The notes beneath the pieces are model-generated. The model had not been told where the DNA came from. It searched no databases and saw only the letters and a list, made by a program, of their open reading frames with translations. This document shows positions 48,542-58,286 of a stretch of DNA of 64,000 nt, piece by piece. The translations under genes and the position numbers were made by a program. Within the stretch, counting starts at the first letter, position 1; the number at the start of each line of letters is the position of its first letter. This DNA is from Calditrichia bacterium (GTDB taxonomy: Bacteria > Calditrichota > Calditrichia > RBG-13-44-9 > J075): the NCBI GenBank assembly GCA_050633245.1, contig JBOEGD010000007.1, forward strand, positions 82,196 to 146,195, in the 5' to 3' direction.

Positions 48542-49180
48542 TTAGCGCTCGAACACCATCACGCCATTGCCCAAGGTAATATCGCGAAACGGCAGATTAC
48601 TGAGCATATCCAGAATCTGCCGTTGTCCACTAGACTCCAGCATATCAACGGCATCCTTTAAAGAATATTCGAACAGGCCCAGCTGAACTATTGCCTGATC
48701 ATCAAATGTTAATCGTCCTTCCTCATTCAATCGCGGTCGGCCTGAGGCACTAACAAATAAATTTCCATCGGATAGAGCTGATAATTGCGCAATAAATGGT
48801 TTGGCATATTCATACGACTTCGGCAGATCATCCCATGGAATTTTTTCGGCATCAATCACCATTTCAAGCGCTACTTTATCCGGCTTAATGCTCGATCTCA
48901 ACCCCTTAATCAACTCATCACTTTGCTCGCCAAACTGAGTGTTGATTTTCTCCCGAAGCATGGTGCTGATATCGCTCTCGGCAATTTCCACCTTCTGTTC
49001 TGTTCGCAGCTGCTCTTGAACCTCTTCCACACGCTCAGCGGCCTCCTCAGCAGGAAGAACTGTCTCTACCGCTTCCCCCTCCAAATACCAATCTGGCAAC
49101 GCCTGTTCATTGGATAGCCAATAGTAACCACCACCAGCCAAAAGAAGCAGAATGAGTAATAGCTTTATCAGAGTTTTCAT
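48542..49180 (-). CDS. Hypothetical membrane-anchored protein
   Basis: RBS ggaga, N-terminal TM followed by LPDWY. Confidence 0.6.
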   Translation of the reverse strand: MKTLIKLLLILLLLAGGGYYWLSNEQALPDWYLEGEAVETVLPAEEAAERVEEVQEQLRTEQKVEIAESDISTMLREKINTQFGEQSDELIKGLRSSIKPDKVALEMVIDAEKIPWDDLPKSYEYAKPFIAQLSALSDGNLFVSASGRPRLNEEGRLTFDDQAIVQLGLFEYSLKDAVDMLESSGQRQILDMLSNLPFRDITLGNGVMVFER

Positions 49181-49356
49181 ATATGATGCATCTCCATAAA
49201 TTTTCACTATTAGAATCGGCAACTGTTGCAATTCACGCAAGACAAACTTATCTTCAGACAATTTTACTCCAATACTGCTCCTTTACGCAAGTTTTCATCT
49301 GAAAACTGCCTCATCTTTTAGATCAGGGAGCCGGAGTAATTTATCCGGAGAACACT

Positions 49357-50499
49357 ATGGGAAAAGAACAGGGAAAGTCTGGGATCAGGCGCTACTTTTC
49401 AGTAGAGCATCCGCTGGTTAAACGGCCAGTGAACGCCTATATTAAATACCGAAAGTTCCTTCCGCTTGTGGCCTTCTTCACAGGATTTGGATGGGATAGT
49501 TTTACACTGCGTCGAATCGATGCTTTCCTTGATAATATGATCCTGCTCTGCTACCTTCTGCTGCTTGGTTCGTTGATCCTTGTTTTTCATTTAGTCGACA
49601 AACGCGTTTTGAAAAAAGACTTCCTGGATGCACGCCTTGAATGGTTCCCAATCGCGATTCAGTTCTTTGTCGGCGGCTTGTTTAGCGCCTATGTGGTGTT
49701 TTACTTTCACAGTGCTTCCCTTAGCAAAACAGCTCTCTTTTTTATCGTTTTGGTTGGACTACTTGTTGCCAATGAGTTTTTGAAAGAACGTCTCACCAAT
49801 ATGTACATGCAAATGGGTTTATTCTTTCTGGCATCCTTCTCATTTTTCACCTTCTTTCTTCCCGTGGTTCTAAAAGAAATGAATGGCTACATCTTTTTGC
49901 TGGGTGGCGTTATTAGTCTGGCAATGGTGTGGGCGCTATTATTCTATTTACTCTACCGCTCTGCCATCCGCAGTAAAGAGCAATATTGGCGCATTTGCGG
50001 CATGCTGGTGACTATGTTTCTCGTAATGAACTTGTTTTATGTTCTCAACTGGATTCCCCCGGTGCCGCTATCCCTTAAGTCGGGCGGAATTTATCATCAC
50101 GTAGAGCGAATCGAAGGGCAATACAAACTAAAGTATGAATCACCTAGCTGGTATCAGTTTAGCAAGAAGTCTGATAACCCATTTAGCTACGCTCCCGATG
50201 ATACCGTGTTCTGTTTTACCGCGATATTTGCTCCAACCAAGTTGCGAAAAAAGGTCTACCATCACTGGCAACAATATTCCGAGAAGCGTGGAGAGTGGAT
50301 AACGACCGATAAACTAAGTTACCAGATAACCGGGGGCAGAGATGGTGGATTTCGGGGGTACTCTTTCAAGAAAAACATCCAGCCCGGGGATTGGCGGGTT
50401 GATGTAAAAACCGAGGATGAGCTCTTGCTCGGACAAATTCGCTTCAGCATCCAACCAGTCGATAGCGCGACCTATAAACTGGAGACCATTTTTCGCTAG
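49357..50499 (+). CDS. Multi-TM protein with C-terminal DUF2914-like domain
   Basis: GFGWDSFTL, WIPPVPLSL, FTAIFAP, ITGGRDGGFRGYSFK, GDWRVDV. Confidence 0.75.
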   Translation: MGKEQGKSGIRRYFSVEHPLVKRPVNAYIKYRKFLPLVAFFTGFGWDSFTLRRIDAFLDNMILLCYLLLLGSLILVFHLVDKRVLKKDFLDARLEWFPIAIQFFVGGLFSAYVVFYFHSASLSKTALFFIVLVGLLVANEFLKERLTNMYMQMGLFFLASFSFFTFFLPVVLKEMNGYIFLLGGVISLAMVWALLFYLLYRSAIRSKEQYWRICGMLVTMFLVMNLFYVLNWIPPVPLSLKSGGIYHHVERIEGQYKLKYESPSWYQFSKKSDNPFSYAPDDTVFCFTAIFAPTKLRKKVYHHWQQYSEKRGEWITTDKLSYQITGGRDGGFRGYSFKKNIQPGDWRVDVKTEDELLLGQIRFSIQPVDSATYKLETIFR

Positions 50500-51533
50500 C
50501 GAAAGAAGGCTCCGGTATCATATCCCTGATCGCGCAAATATTGATCACGCTTTTCCAGAAGTTTAAGGATCGATTCAATAGAAACGCCAAAGGTCACGCC
50601 ATATTTAATCAGCTTGCGCTCCCGAAAGTAGAGGTTGTCGCGATACGGTCGATGAACCGGAAATGCGGCATAGTCCGTGCCGGGAGTCGGGGCCAAAATA
50701 ATCTCTTCCTCTGCAGCAACTGAAGTTAAAATTCCCACCAGCTCAAAGTTTGGCATACCGTCTCGCAGTGCCAGAACAATACCGCCGCTAAATCCACGAT
50801 TAAACATACCATCAACCAGGAAATCGTGTTCCCTATTTCTATTTGGACTGCTGATAATTCCTGAGGTGATCATCTTTTTTCCGGCGGGATAACCAAGCAT
50901 GTAAACGAAGTTGCCCCAGCTAAGCTCCCTTGCCGAACCTGTAGGCAGTCGCAATACCGGCAGGGGTAATTGAGGCGGCTCATCCAATCGACCACCCATT
51001 ATGGCAATATCATTATCCCGGTCAACCGCAATCAACTCAAATTCAGCATTATATCGGAAGTTCACAAGACGATTGGTTTGGCGCTTTTTGATCGACACGC
51101 TACTCACAATTGCATTTGCCGGATTATCAGAGGCATAGAATTCGTATAGGGTATCCGGAAAATCCACAACATGTGCACAGGTCAACAATGCAACGCGCAA
51201 GCTTTGATGGTAAATTAGCGTTGCCGTTCCCACACTAAAATCCTGATAGACGCTGCGTGTATTTTTCTTCTCTTTTAAGAGATTTTTTGTGATTCTCCCC
51301 GGCACAATGCCATCACTTGCTTCAAATGAATAGCGGTCGTAAAAAACATGCGCGTTAAGCAACTGTACGCTTTCCATTAGCCGCTCAATAACTTCTGGTT
51401 TGTAGTCCAGAGGAAAACCGATATCGTATTTTCCATCAACGATTCGCTGATGCGGTGCAATCACCGTCTTTTGACAACCGGTGCTTAGAATTGCCAGCAA
51501 CAATACGATCAGAATCAGACACGCTCTTGCCAT
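50496..51533 (-). CDS. Trypsin-like (S1) serine protease lipoprotein
   Basis: STGC lipobox, LLTCAHVV, DIAI, LGYP, NRGFSGG. Confidence 0.8.
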   Translation of the reverse strand: MARACLILIVLLLAILSTGCQKTVIAPHQRIVDGKYDIGFPLDYKPEVIERLMESVQLLNAHVFYDRYSFEASDGIVPGRITKNLLKEKKNTRSVYQDFSVGTATLIYHQSLRVALLTCAHVVDFPDTLYEFYASDNPANAIVSSVSIKKRQTNRLVNFRYNAEFELIAVDRDNDIAIMGGRLDEPPQLPLPVLRLPTGSARELSWGNFVYMLGYPAGKKMITSGIISSPNRNREHDFLVDGMFNRGFSGGIVLALRDGMPNFELVGILTSVAAEEEIILAPTPGTDYAAFPVHRPYRDNLYFRERKLIKYGVTFGVSIESILKLLEKRDQYLRDQGYDTGAFFR

Positions 51534-51565
51534 AAGACTCTTCCTCCGCCAAACCTCGTATAAGG

Positions 51566-53914
51566 TTACTCGTTCCAGTTTACTTTTTCAATTTTGGCCA
51601 GTACCGACTCCCGGTGGTTAAACAACACCTTTTTCGGCTTTTCAGAAACGATATAGCTGAATTGATTCATTTGTTCACGAATATTAATCCGCTTCATCTC
51701 TATCTGCTCCTTTGCATACTCAATCCCAACCAACATTGGCATTTGGAACTGCGCAGAGACATCGCACCGTTCTACTTGTAGTTCGACCAGCCACTGGCCA
51801 TCAGACGTTTCGCTGATTTTTGAGGCCACGCGGTATTCCGGTATCTCTGTGCCGTAAACCCACTGCTCAAAAAACCAGTCCAGCTCTTCACCCGTCTGAG
51901 CTTCAACCCAATGCTGGAAGTCTTCGGTGCTGACCCGCTTTCCAATATTCTCCTGAAAAAATCCACGCACAATATCTGTAAATCGCTGCTCACTTGCCGT
52001 TTCAAGAGCCATAAACATACTGCTGAGCATGTGCAGCACCCACGCACCTTTTTTGTAAATAATTAGCGTATAGTCGCCTTTGGTCTCGCTGTTTTGCACA
52101 CGCGGACCAAGCCAGATGGGCGCAGCCTGCATGCCCTCACCAAAGAAAAAGCTGCGATTATTGACAATTTTTTCGCGCCAGGCCTTTACAATGTCATAAA
52201 ATTTCTTTTCATCTTCATCATTGAGTAGCAGATTGTGAAAATAGCTCCAGCCGGCATATTCAGCAAAGCCCTCACTTAACCACTGATCATGATAAGTCTG
52301 AAAATCTACGCCGATCCCCCACCACTGATGAGCCACTTCATGTGCACGAAAAATTTGATCGTCGCCGGCATCATTGGTATTTTGGAAGGTTAACCAAGCC
52401 AGGTGCAGAAGTCCGGGAAATGCTTCACCATGTCCATAGGGAATATCTGTGGCATACAGTCGCGAAGATGCCAGATCTCCATAGATTTTACGGAAGTAAG
52501 ACACGCTATTGGCAATATCCTCACCCACTTCAATTTCCATATTGCGACCGCTACCAACGCCGCTACTCGCCAGCTGTCGACCGATTTCCTGATGTCCCGT
52601 TTCCGACATCATCACACTGATTGGAATGGTGCTATCGGCAAGAACTTCATGGTCGGTAAAAAATCCAACGTTAAACGATCCGTTGCGAATCGGCTGTTCG
52701 CTCGTCCACTGTGTGATCCGGTTTTTATCGATCAGGCTATCGCTAGCCAATTCTCCAAAGCTGGCAAAAGACATGTTTTCAGGAACCGTGTAGCGCACGT
52801 CAAAGGTTGATAGCTGCTGAAAGTCGTGACGCGGATACCACCCTTTGGAGGATTGGATAAAGAACCAGTCCTTCCGGCGTTCAATTAAATCTCCGTGATA
52901 ATAGATGGTAAGACTTCTGCTATCGTCACGGCTTAAAATTGAATCGGCTTTTATCCATAGAAGCGCATTTTCCTTCTCTTTTACAAATTCAGCGTGTTGA
53001 CCACTATCCCAAATTAATGAATCGATCTTCAGCTTATAATACAGAAAAACGTGCAGCCACTTTTGCTCATCCTGAAGCATGGTGATATCGAGTCGCGTTT
53101 TCGCGGCAAACTCCAGCTGGCTGCCTTTCAACGTGCAGTCGATATCGTAATGGGTAATGTGCATACTGCTATGTGATTCGGGAATAATCTGTTCCTGACG
53201 ATAGTCACTTTCCTTATGGAACTGATTGATGACCTCACGCAAGTGTAGAAAAGAGGCTCCCTTTCGGCGTCTACTAAAGCGAATTTCCTCATCCTCGTAA
53301 GGATTTATCTCGAAGAACCAGGGATCAAACTGCCTCTCGCTGAAGTGCGCATAAAACAGGCCGTTTTGCGAATCGTTAAGTAAGGTACGGAGAAAAAGAT
53401 AGTCGAAACGCTTTTTCTTTTTTTGCCAAAGATATTTTAAGGCATAGTCGACTTCAGACTGTGCCTTGCGAGGTAATTTGCTTTTGGTAAAATCGAGTTT
53501 GTTGCGTAATTCTTCTTCTGTTTTATCAGCAAAGAACAAAAAGACACGCTTAAGCTTTTGATTCACCTCTTCCTTCTCAGTAAAACGAGAAAGCTGCTCG
53601 CGTTCAACTTTGGTTGGAGGTGTCATCCGAAAACTCCCCTTACCGATAAAAACGGCTCCATGAATCCGTCCATCAACCGGTTTCAGAAATGCAATTTTTC
53701 CTTCCTGAAGCAGAAACGTTCCGGCATCGCGTCGCAATGTCAGGTTACGCACGTCTGCAACCTGCTCCTTATCAATTTCCAAACTCGTTAACTGCTCAAA
53801 TAAGCGTTCATAATCTTCCGGGACTTCGCGGTCGTCTTCAGCAAATCCGGCGCTTACCACAATTGTGAGAAGCGCGATAATAATAAAAGCATATCGTGAA
53901 CAGGTATTCAGCAT
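51566..53914 (-). CDS. M1-family aminopeptidase (gluzincin)
   Basis: Signal peptide, HEVAHQWWG..WLSEGFAEY, YKKGAWVLHML, WFFEQW. Confidence 0.88.
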   Translation of the reverse strand: MLNTCSRYAFIIIALLTIVVSAGFAEDDREVPEDYERLFEQLTSLEIDKEQVADVRNLTLRRDAGTFLLQEGKIAFLKPVDGRIHGAVFIGKGSFRMTPPTKVEREQLSRFTEKEEVNQKLKRVFLFFADKTEEELRNKLDFTKSKLPRKAQSEVDYALKYLWQKKKKRFDYLFLRTLLNDSQNGLFYAHFSERQFDPWFFEINPYEDEEIRFSRRRKGASFLHLREVINQFHKESDYRQEQIIPESHSSMHITHYDIDCTLKGSQLEFAAKTRLDITMLQDEQKWLHVFLYYKLKIDSLIWDSGQHAEFVKEKENALLWIKADSILSRDDSRSLTIYYHGDLIERRKDWFFIQSSKGWYPRHDFQQLSTFDVRYTVPENMSFASFGELASDSLIDKNRITQWTSEQPIRNGSFNVGFFTDHEVLADSTIPISVMMSETGHQEIGRQLASSGVGSGRNMEIEVGEDIANSVSYFRKIYGDLASSRLYATDIPYGHGEAFPGLLHLAWLTFQNTNDAGDDQIFRAHEVAHQWWGIGVDFQTYHDQWLSEGFAEYAGWSYFHNLLLNDEDEKKFYDIVKAWREKIVNNRSFFFGEGMQAAPIWLGPRVQNSETKGDYTLIIYKKGAWVLHMLSSMFMALETASEQRFTDIVRGFFQENIGKRVSTEDFQHWVEAQTGEELDWFFEQWVYGTEIPEYRVASKISETSDGQWLVELQVERCDVSAQFQMPMLVGIEYAKEQIEMKRINIREQMNQFSYIVSEKPKKVLFNHRESVLAKIEKVNWNE

Positions 53915-56900
53915 TAATGCGTTCCAAAACAGCCACAGTGTGGATCGGAAAAACCGCTATCTTCACGCCAGACGAAACCATCGCTACTGCGCGGGTCTTC
54001 CCAATAAAAAGGCCGTCGTTTCTTCGAATAATTGCCCACTTCATCGAGCGTTGCCGCATCATAGAGCCTGCCGTTGAGCATGACGTGGCTTATCTTTTCG
54101 CTATTGTAAATTGACTCTAGTGGATTGGCATTAAGAACGACCAAATCGGCGAGCTTGCCGGTTTCCAGGCTGCCCAGTTCATGATCCATTCCGATATAAT
54201 GTGCACCGTTCCGGGTTGAAGCATGAATTGCCTCAAGAGGCGACATCCCCCCCTGAACCAACATCCATAGCTCCCAATGACTTCCCAACCCCTGAAGCTG
54301 CCCGTGGGCACCCAGGTTAACCTTAACACCCCGATCGGCCAGAGCTTTACACGTTTTGGCATTTGCATAATGTCCGTATTCTTCTTCCGGAGCCATGGAA
54401 CGACGGCGCGAGCGGCTATCCACCAGGGCACGCGGAGTAAAGTTGAGCAACAACTCGTTTTCCCAAACTCTGGTATGCTGATACCAATAGTTCTCGCCCC
54501 AAATTCCGCCATAGGCAACCGTGAGCGTCGGCGTATAGCCGGTACCGCTATTTCCCCAGAAATTCAGCACGTCTTCATAAACCGGGTTTACCGGAATAGA
54601 GTGTTCGATACCGGTATGTCCATCGGCAATCATGCTCATATTATGATAGAAGAAAGAACCACCTTCCGGATAAACAAGCATATCCAACTCTCGTGCGGCC
54701 TGCATCACCTGCTGCCGCTGATCGCGACGTGGCTGGTTATAGCTCTTTACTGAGAATGCGCCAACAGCTTTCATGCGGCGCAGATGAGACCGCGCATCGT
54801 CCAGACTATTAATGACTGCTTTGAAATCGCCTTCAGCGCCGTATAGAATCGTTCCTGTCGAGAAGATACGCGGTCCAATCATAACTCCGCGCTTTATCAT
54901 TTCTGATTGACTGAAGACCATCTCTGTGGACGCAGACGGATCGTGCGTTGTGGTGACACCAAACGAGAGGTTCGCCATGTAGGACCAATTCTGAGGAGTT
55001 GAAATACCACCAGACCAGTGTCCCATGTGTGCATGCACATCAACCAGCCCCGGCATGATGGTTTTGCCTTTTACGTCGATCACCTTTGCCTCTACCGGAA
55101 CAATGATGTCTGCACGCGCGCCAATCTGCATAATTCGGTTTTGATCGACAATAATGGTGCCGTCTTCGATCACCTCATCACCCTTGGAGGTAATGATTCT
55201 CGCGCCAACCAATGCCAGCTTTCCATTGGGAATATCGCTCTCCAAAACCAGATTTATTTCTGTTCCGGTAGTATCTACTGCCGGGAGGCTATCTGGTGCC
55301 CCTTCAACAAATGTAAATGAGTTGTTCAACTTGCGTGTGTAGTATTCCTGTCCGGTTGTCCAGTGCAGAGCTTTACTATTTGCCGACCAGTGCAGACTGA
55401 TACCGGCATCGCGGGTTAACTTTGTTTGCGGCAAGCTGCTGTTGCCTGAGCTAAGATCCAATGTTGTTGCAACTGCAGGATTGGCGGTTACATATACATT
55501 GTAGAGCTCCTGATAGGCAATCCAACGTTCATCCGGGCTTACGGCAATTTCCGTAGCATACTTAGAGGTTACATGCGTTCGCGGATCGGTGCCGTCCAGC
55601 GTCACGCTCTTTAGCGCTTTCTTACCATTTTCCCAGCTACGGAAATAGATACGGTCACCTTTGCGATTAAAACACGGGCTATTTCCTTCCTGAATAATCA
55701 GGTGTTCATCACCACCAGACTCGGCAATCCAATATAACCCGGGATTAACAGCATGCGTATAACCAAGCACCGAATTCCCACTACCGCGTCTATAGGTAAG
55801 AACAACACCGTCCGGTGAATAGGATGGTGAGTAGAAATAGCCCTTCTTAGAGGTGACAGCAATCGAGTTACCACCTTTAAGTTTTACCCGGCGAATGGCA
55901 CCCAGTGCTGTATCGTTCCAGGTCGTGTAGGCAATCCATTTTCCATCTGGGCTAAATGATGGCTCAAATTCAAAGACTTCTTTGTCTTTTGTCAGCCGTT
56001 TTGGCTTACCGTTGGGTAACTTCTTCTTCCAGAGATGCCCCGCTGCATTGAACACCAGCCATTTTCCATCTGGTGAAGAGGTTGCATGCCGGATCATTTT
56101 AGCCGTGAACTTCTCGGGTAGAACTTCCTGTCGAGACAATACCGCCTTGGCAATTGAAGTGCTTACTTCGGCTTTGAAAGGAATAGTTACTGCGGTACGG
56201 CTCTTGACGTTCACCTTCATCAACTTGCCCTTCGCCCAAATCACAATCGACGTGCCGTCAGGAGTCCAGTCATATCCGGGGTAAACGCCAAAGGTTGCCC
56301 AGGTTTCCTGCTGATCTTTGCTAAGACCATCATAAATCGGCCATTGTTCACCGGTTTCGAGGCTGGTAATAAATAATACCGACTTGGTGCGAATGCGACG
56401 TATGAACGACAGATACTTTCCATCAGGAGAAACTTGTGGTCGAATTGCGCCGCCCTGCCCGGTTACAAAATTAGTCAGGCGATCTTTTTCGAGGTCGACA
56501 CGGCGAATGACGTAGATCTGAGTGTTAGGATCTTTATTGTATTGGAAGGTGCTGCCACCACTCATGTCTTCACTAAAAAAGAGATATCGTCCATCTGGTG
56601 TAATTGCCGGTTCACCGACATCCTGCTGATCATTCTTGCGGGTCGTCAGCTTAACGCCTCCTCCCCCACTTCGATGATACAACCACATCTCGCCGGCACC
56701 AAGCGAGCGACGACTGGTAAAGTGTTTTTTAGCAATCAAATATTCGCCATTCGGCATCCAAACAGCATTGTTCAGAAGACGAAACTTTTCTTTTGTCACC
56801 TGGGCAGGATCTGAACCATCTTTCTTCATGATCCAGATATTGTCTCCACCAGCGCGATCGCTGGTATAACTAATTGATTTTCCATCCGGACTAAAGCGCG

Positions 56901-57177
56901 GCTGAACTTCCCAGGCAAGGCCACTTGCAATTGGAGTGGCTTTACCGCCAGACATTGGTAAGGTATAGATGTCTCCCAATAAGTCGAAGGCTATTGTTTT
57001 TCCATCAGGACTTACGTCCAGATTCATCCAGGTTCCTTCGTCAACGGTAAAGCTGACGGTATCAGCCGGGCCGCGATGCTGCATGACGTCCCATTTATCT
57101 TTTTTATCGGATGCGAATAGAATAGCAGGCAATAAAAAGCATAGCAGTGTTACATACAAACGCAGATTGTTCATCAT
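53914..57177 (-). CDS. PD40/TolB-repeat amidohydrolase-family protein
   Basis: Many SPDG repeats, MPGLVDVHAH, GVTT, GSLETGKLADLV. Confidence 0.9.
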   Translation of the reverse strand: MMNNLRLYVTLLCFLLPAILFASDKKDKWDVMQHRGPADTVSFTVDEGTWMNLDVSPDGKTIAFDLLGDIYTLPMSGGKATPIASGLAWEVQPRFSPDGKSISYTSDRAGGDNIWIMKKDGSDPAQVTKEKFRLLNNAVWMPNGEYLIAKKHFTSRRSLGAGEMWLYHRSGGGGVKLTTRKNDQQDVGEPAITPDGRYLFFSEDMSGGSTFQYNKDPNTQIYVIRRVDLEKDRLTNFVTGQGGAIRPQVSPDGKYLSFIRRIRTKSVLFITSLETGEQWPIYDGLSKDQQETWATFGVYPGYDWTPDGTSIVIWAKGKLMKVNVKSRTAVTIPFKAEVSTSIAKAVLSRQEVLPEKFTAKMIRHATSSPDGKWLVFNAAGHLWKKKLPNGKPKRLTKDKEVFEFEPSFSPDGKWIAYTTWNDTALGAIRRVKLKGGNSIAVTSKKGYFYSPSYSPDGVVLTYRRGSGNSVLGYTHAVNPGLYWIAESGGDEHLIIQEGNSPCFNRKGDRIYFRSWENGKKALKSVTLDGTDPRTHVTSKYATEIAVSPDERWIAYQELYNVYVTANPAVATTLDLSSGNSSLPQTKLTRDAGISLHWSANSKALHWTTGQEYYTRKLNNSFTFVEGAPDSLPAVDTTGTEINLVLESDIPNGKLALVGARIITSKGDEVIEDGTIIVDQNRIMQIGARADIIVPVEAKVIDVKGKTIMPGLVDVHAHMGHWSGGISTPQNWSYMANLSFGVTTTHDPSASTEMVFSQSEMIKRGVMIGPRIFSTGTILYGAEGDFKAVINSLDDARSHLRRMKAVGAFSVKSYNQPRRDQRQQVMQAARELDMLVYPEGGSFFYHNMSMIADGHTGIEHSIPVNPVYEDVLNFWGNSGTGYTPTLTVAYGGIWGENYWYQHTRVWENELLLNFTPRALVDSRSRRRSMAPEEEYGHYANAKTCKALADRGVKVNLGAHGQLQGLGSHWELWMLVQGGMSPLEAIHASTRNGAHYIGMDHELGSLETGKLADLVVLNANPLESIYNSEKISHVMLNGRLYDAATLDEVGNYSKKRRPFYWEDPRSSDGFVWREDSGFSDPHCGCFGTH

Positions 57178-57330
57178 GATTCTCCATCGTAGGCGGTAAG
57201 AGTATTGTGGAATAATCCAGTGTACGGATGGCCCACGATAATGTCAAGAGTCCGGCATCATATGGTATCGGAATTTCATAATATGCGAATTGATTATCTC
57301 AGGAAAAATACCCAATGTGGGGGATATTTT

Positions 57331-57358
57331 GAGAGCAGAGAGCAGAGAACAGAGAATT
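57331..57358. repeat. Heptamer tandem repeat (GAGAGCA-like x4)
   Basis: gagagca gagagca gagaaca gagaatt. Confidence 0.7.
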
Positions 57359-57445
57359 TAATGTATCGTGGTAACGCATTATTGTGCGTCATATTTTTAG
57401 ATCGCAACCGCGGGACACAACCCTAAGTGTCATCAAGGAGCGTTA

Positions 57446-57905
57446 TCAGTCCGAGGCACTACCAACAAGAACGTACACCTGGTCCGGAAATTCAATGATA
57501 TAATAAAAATCCCATAATTCTGGATAAAACGGATGTCCAACATCTAAAATAATCGATATAAAACGGCGTGCGTCTTCCATAAACCAGCCGAATTCCATGC
57601 AAATAGACTCAACCGCATCGTTGTGCTCTTGCGAGGATAGATATAGTTTTGAAGGGTGTGCTCCAGCTCCCCTCCATATGTTAATGCTTCCTTAACCTGT
57701 CTATGAGATCTTCTTTCAAAACGTATTTATGATCTCCGGATGTAGCCCCATCCTCAAAACACTCTCTTAATATAACAGAAACCGATTCATCAACCACATT
57801 CCCTGCTCGAAACAACTCTATACTAACAGTATAGTTCATACCGTCTTTCAACAGTTTTTCAGCTACATTTTGAAGAGCAATATTGATTTTTTTAATTCCA
57901 GTCAT
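57446..57905 (-). pseudogene. Hypothetical protein gene interrupted by frameshifts
   Basis: The 74-aa ORF continues in other frames as VKEALTYGG then AGAHPSKLYL..GHPFYPELWDFYYIIEFPDQVYVLVGSASD* (TGA at 57446-57448). Confidence 0.6.
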
Positions 57906-58059
57906 ATAAATTGCCTCATTGCTTCATCTACCCGCGATTAAAGTCATGGGCATTGAACCTTTCCCCTCACGGCGAAGTTGATTCTGAGATTGCCAAAGGG
58001 CTCAGGGAACAGTTCTTTGAATATTGCTGAAGCAAATCCTGGATCACAACGCGTCGGGA

Positions 58060-58083
58060 AACTCTGAACTCTGAACTCTGAAC
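58060..58083. repeat. (AACTCTG)x3 heptamer tandem repeat
   Basis: aactctg aactctg aactctg aac. Confidence 0.75.
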
Positions 58084-58286
58084 GGATATAATCTACACCA
58101 ATGTGACACAAAAGACAATTGTGTCGTCTGGATTGCCTTATTATATCAAAGAATACCCTACCACGATTGAATCAGTGTATTAAAGCCATCTCACGCGAGC
58201 CGAAACGGCAACTATTGGCATTATTAATCCTGCTCCCCTACTCAGAGGGGATAGAGATTTTCAGACTCAATATAAGAGGACGCCCC

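Noticed and set aside
57205-57426. 73-aa ORF
   Set aside because: Runs through the heptamer repeat in a presumed promoter region and has no RBS or motif
58119-58286. N-terminal extension of the FG-GAP ORF (likewise upstream starts for adk, cmk, dctM, dctQ, trhA and the thioredoxin)
   Set aside because: Downstream starts fit better with RBS position, signal peptides or family N-termini
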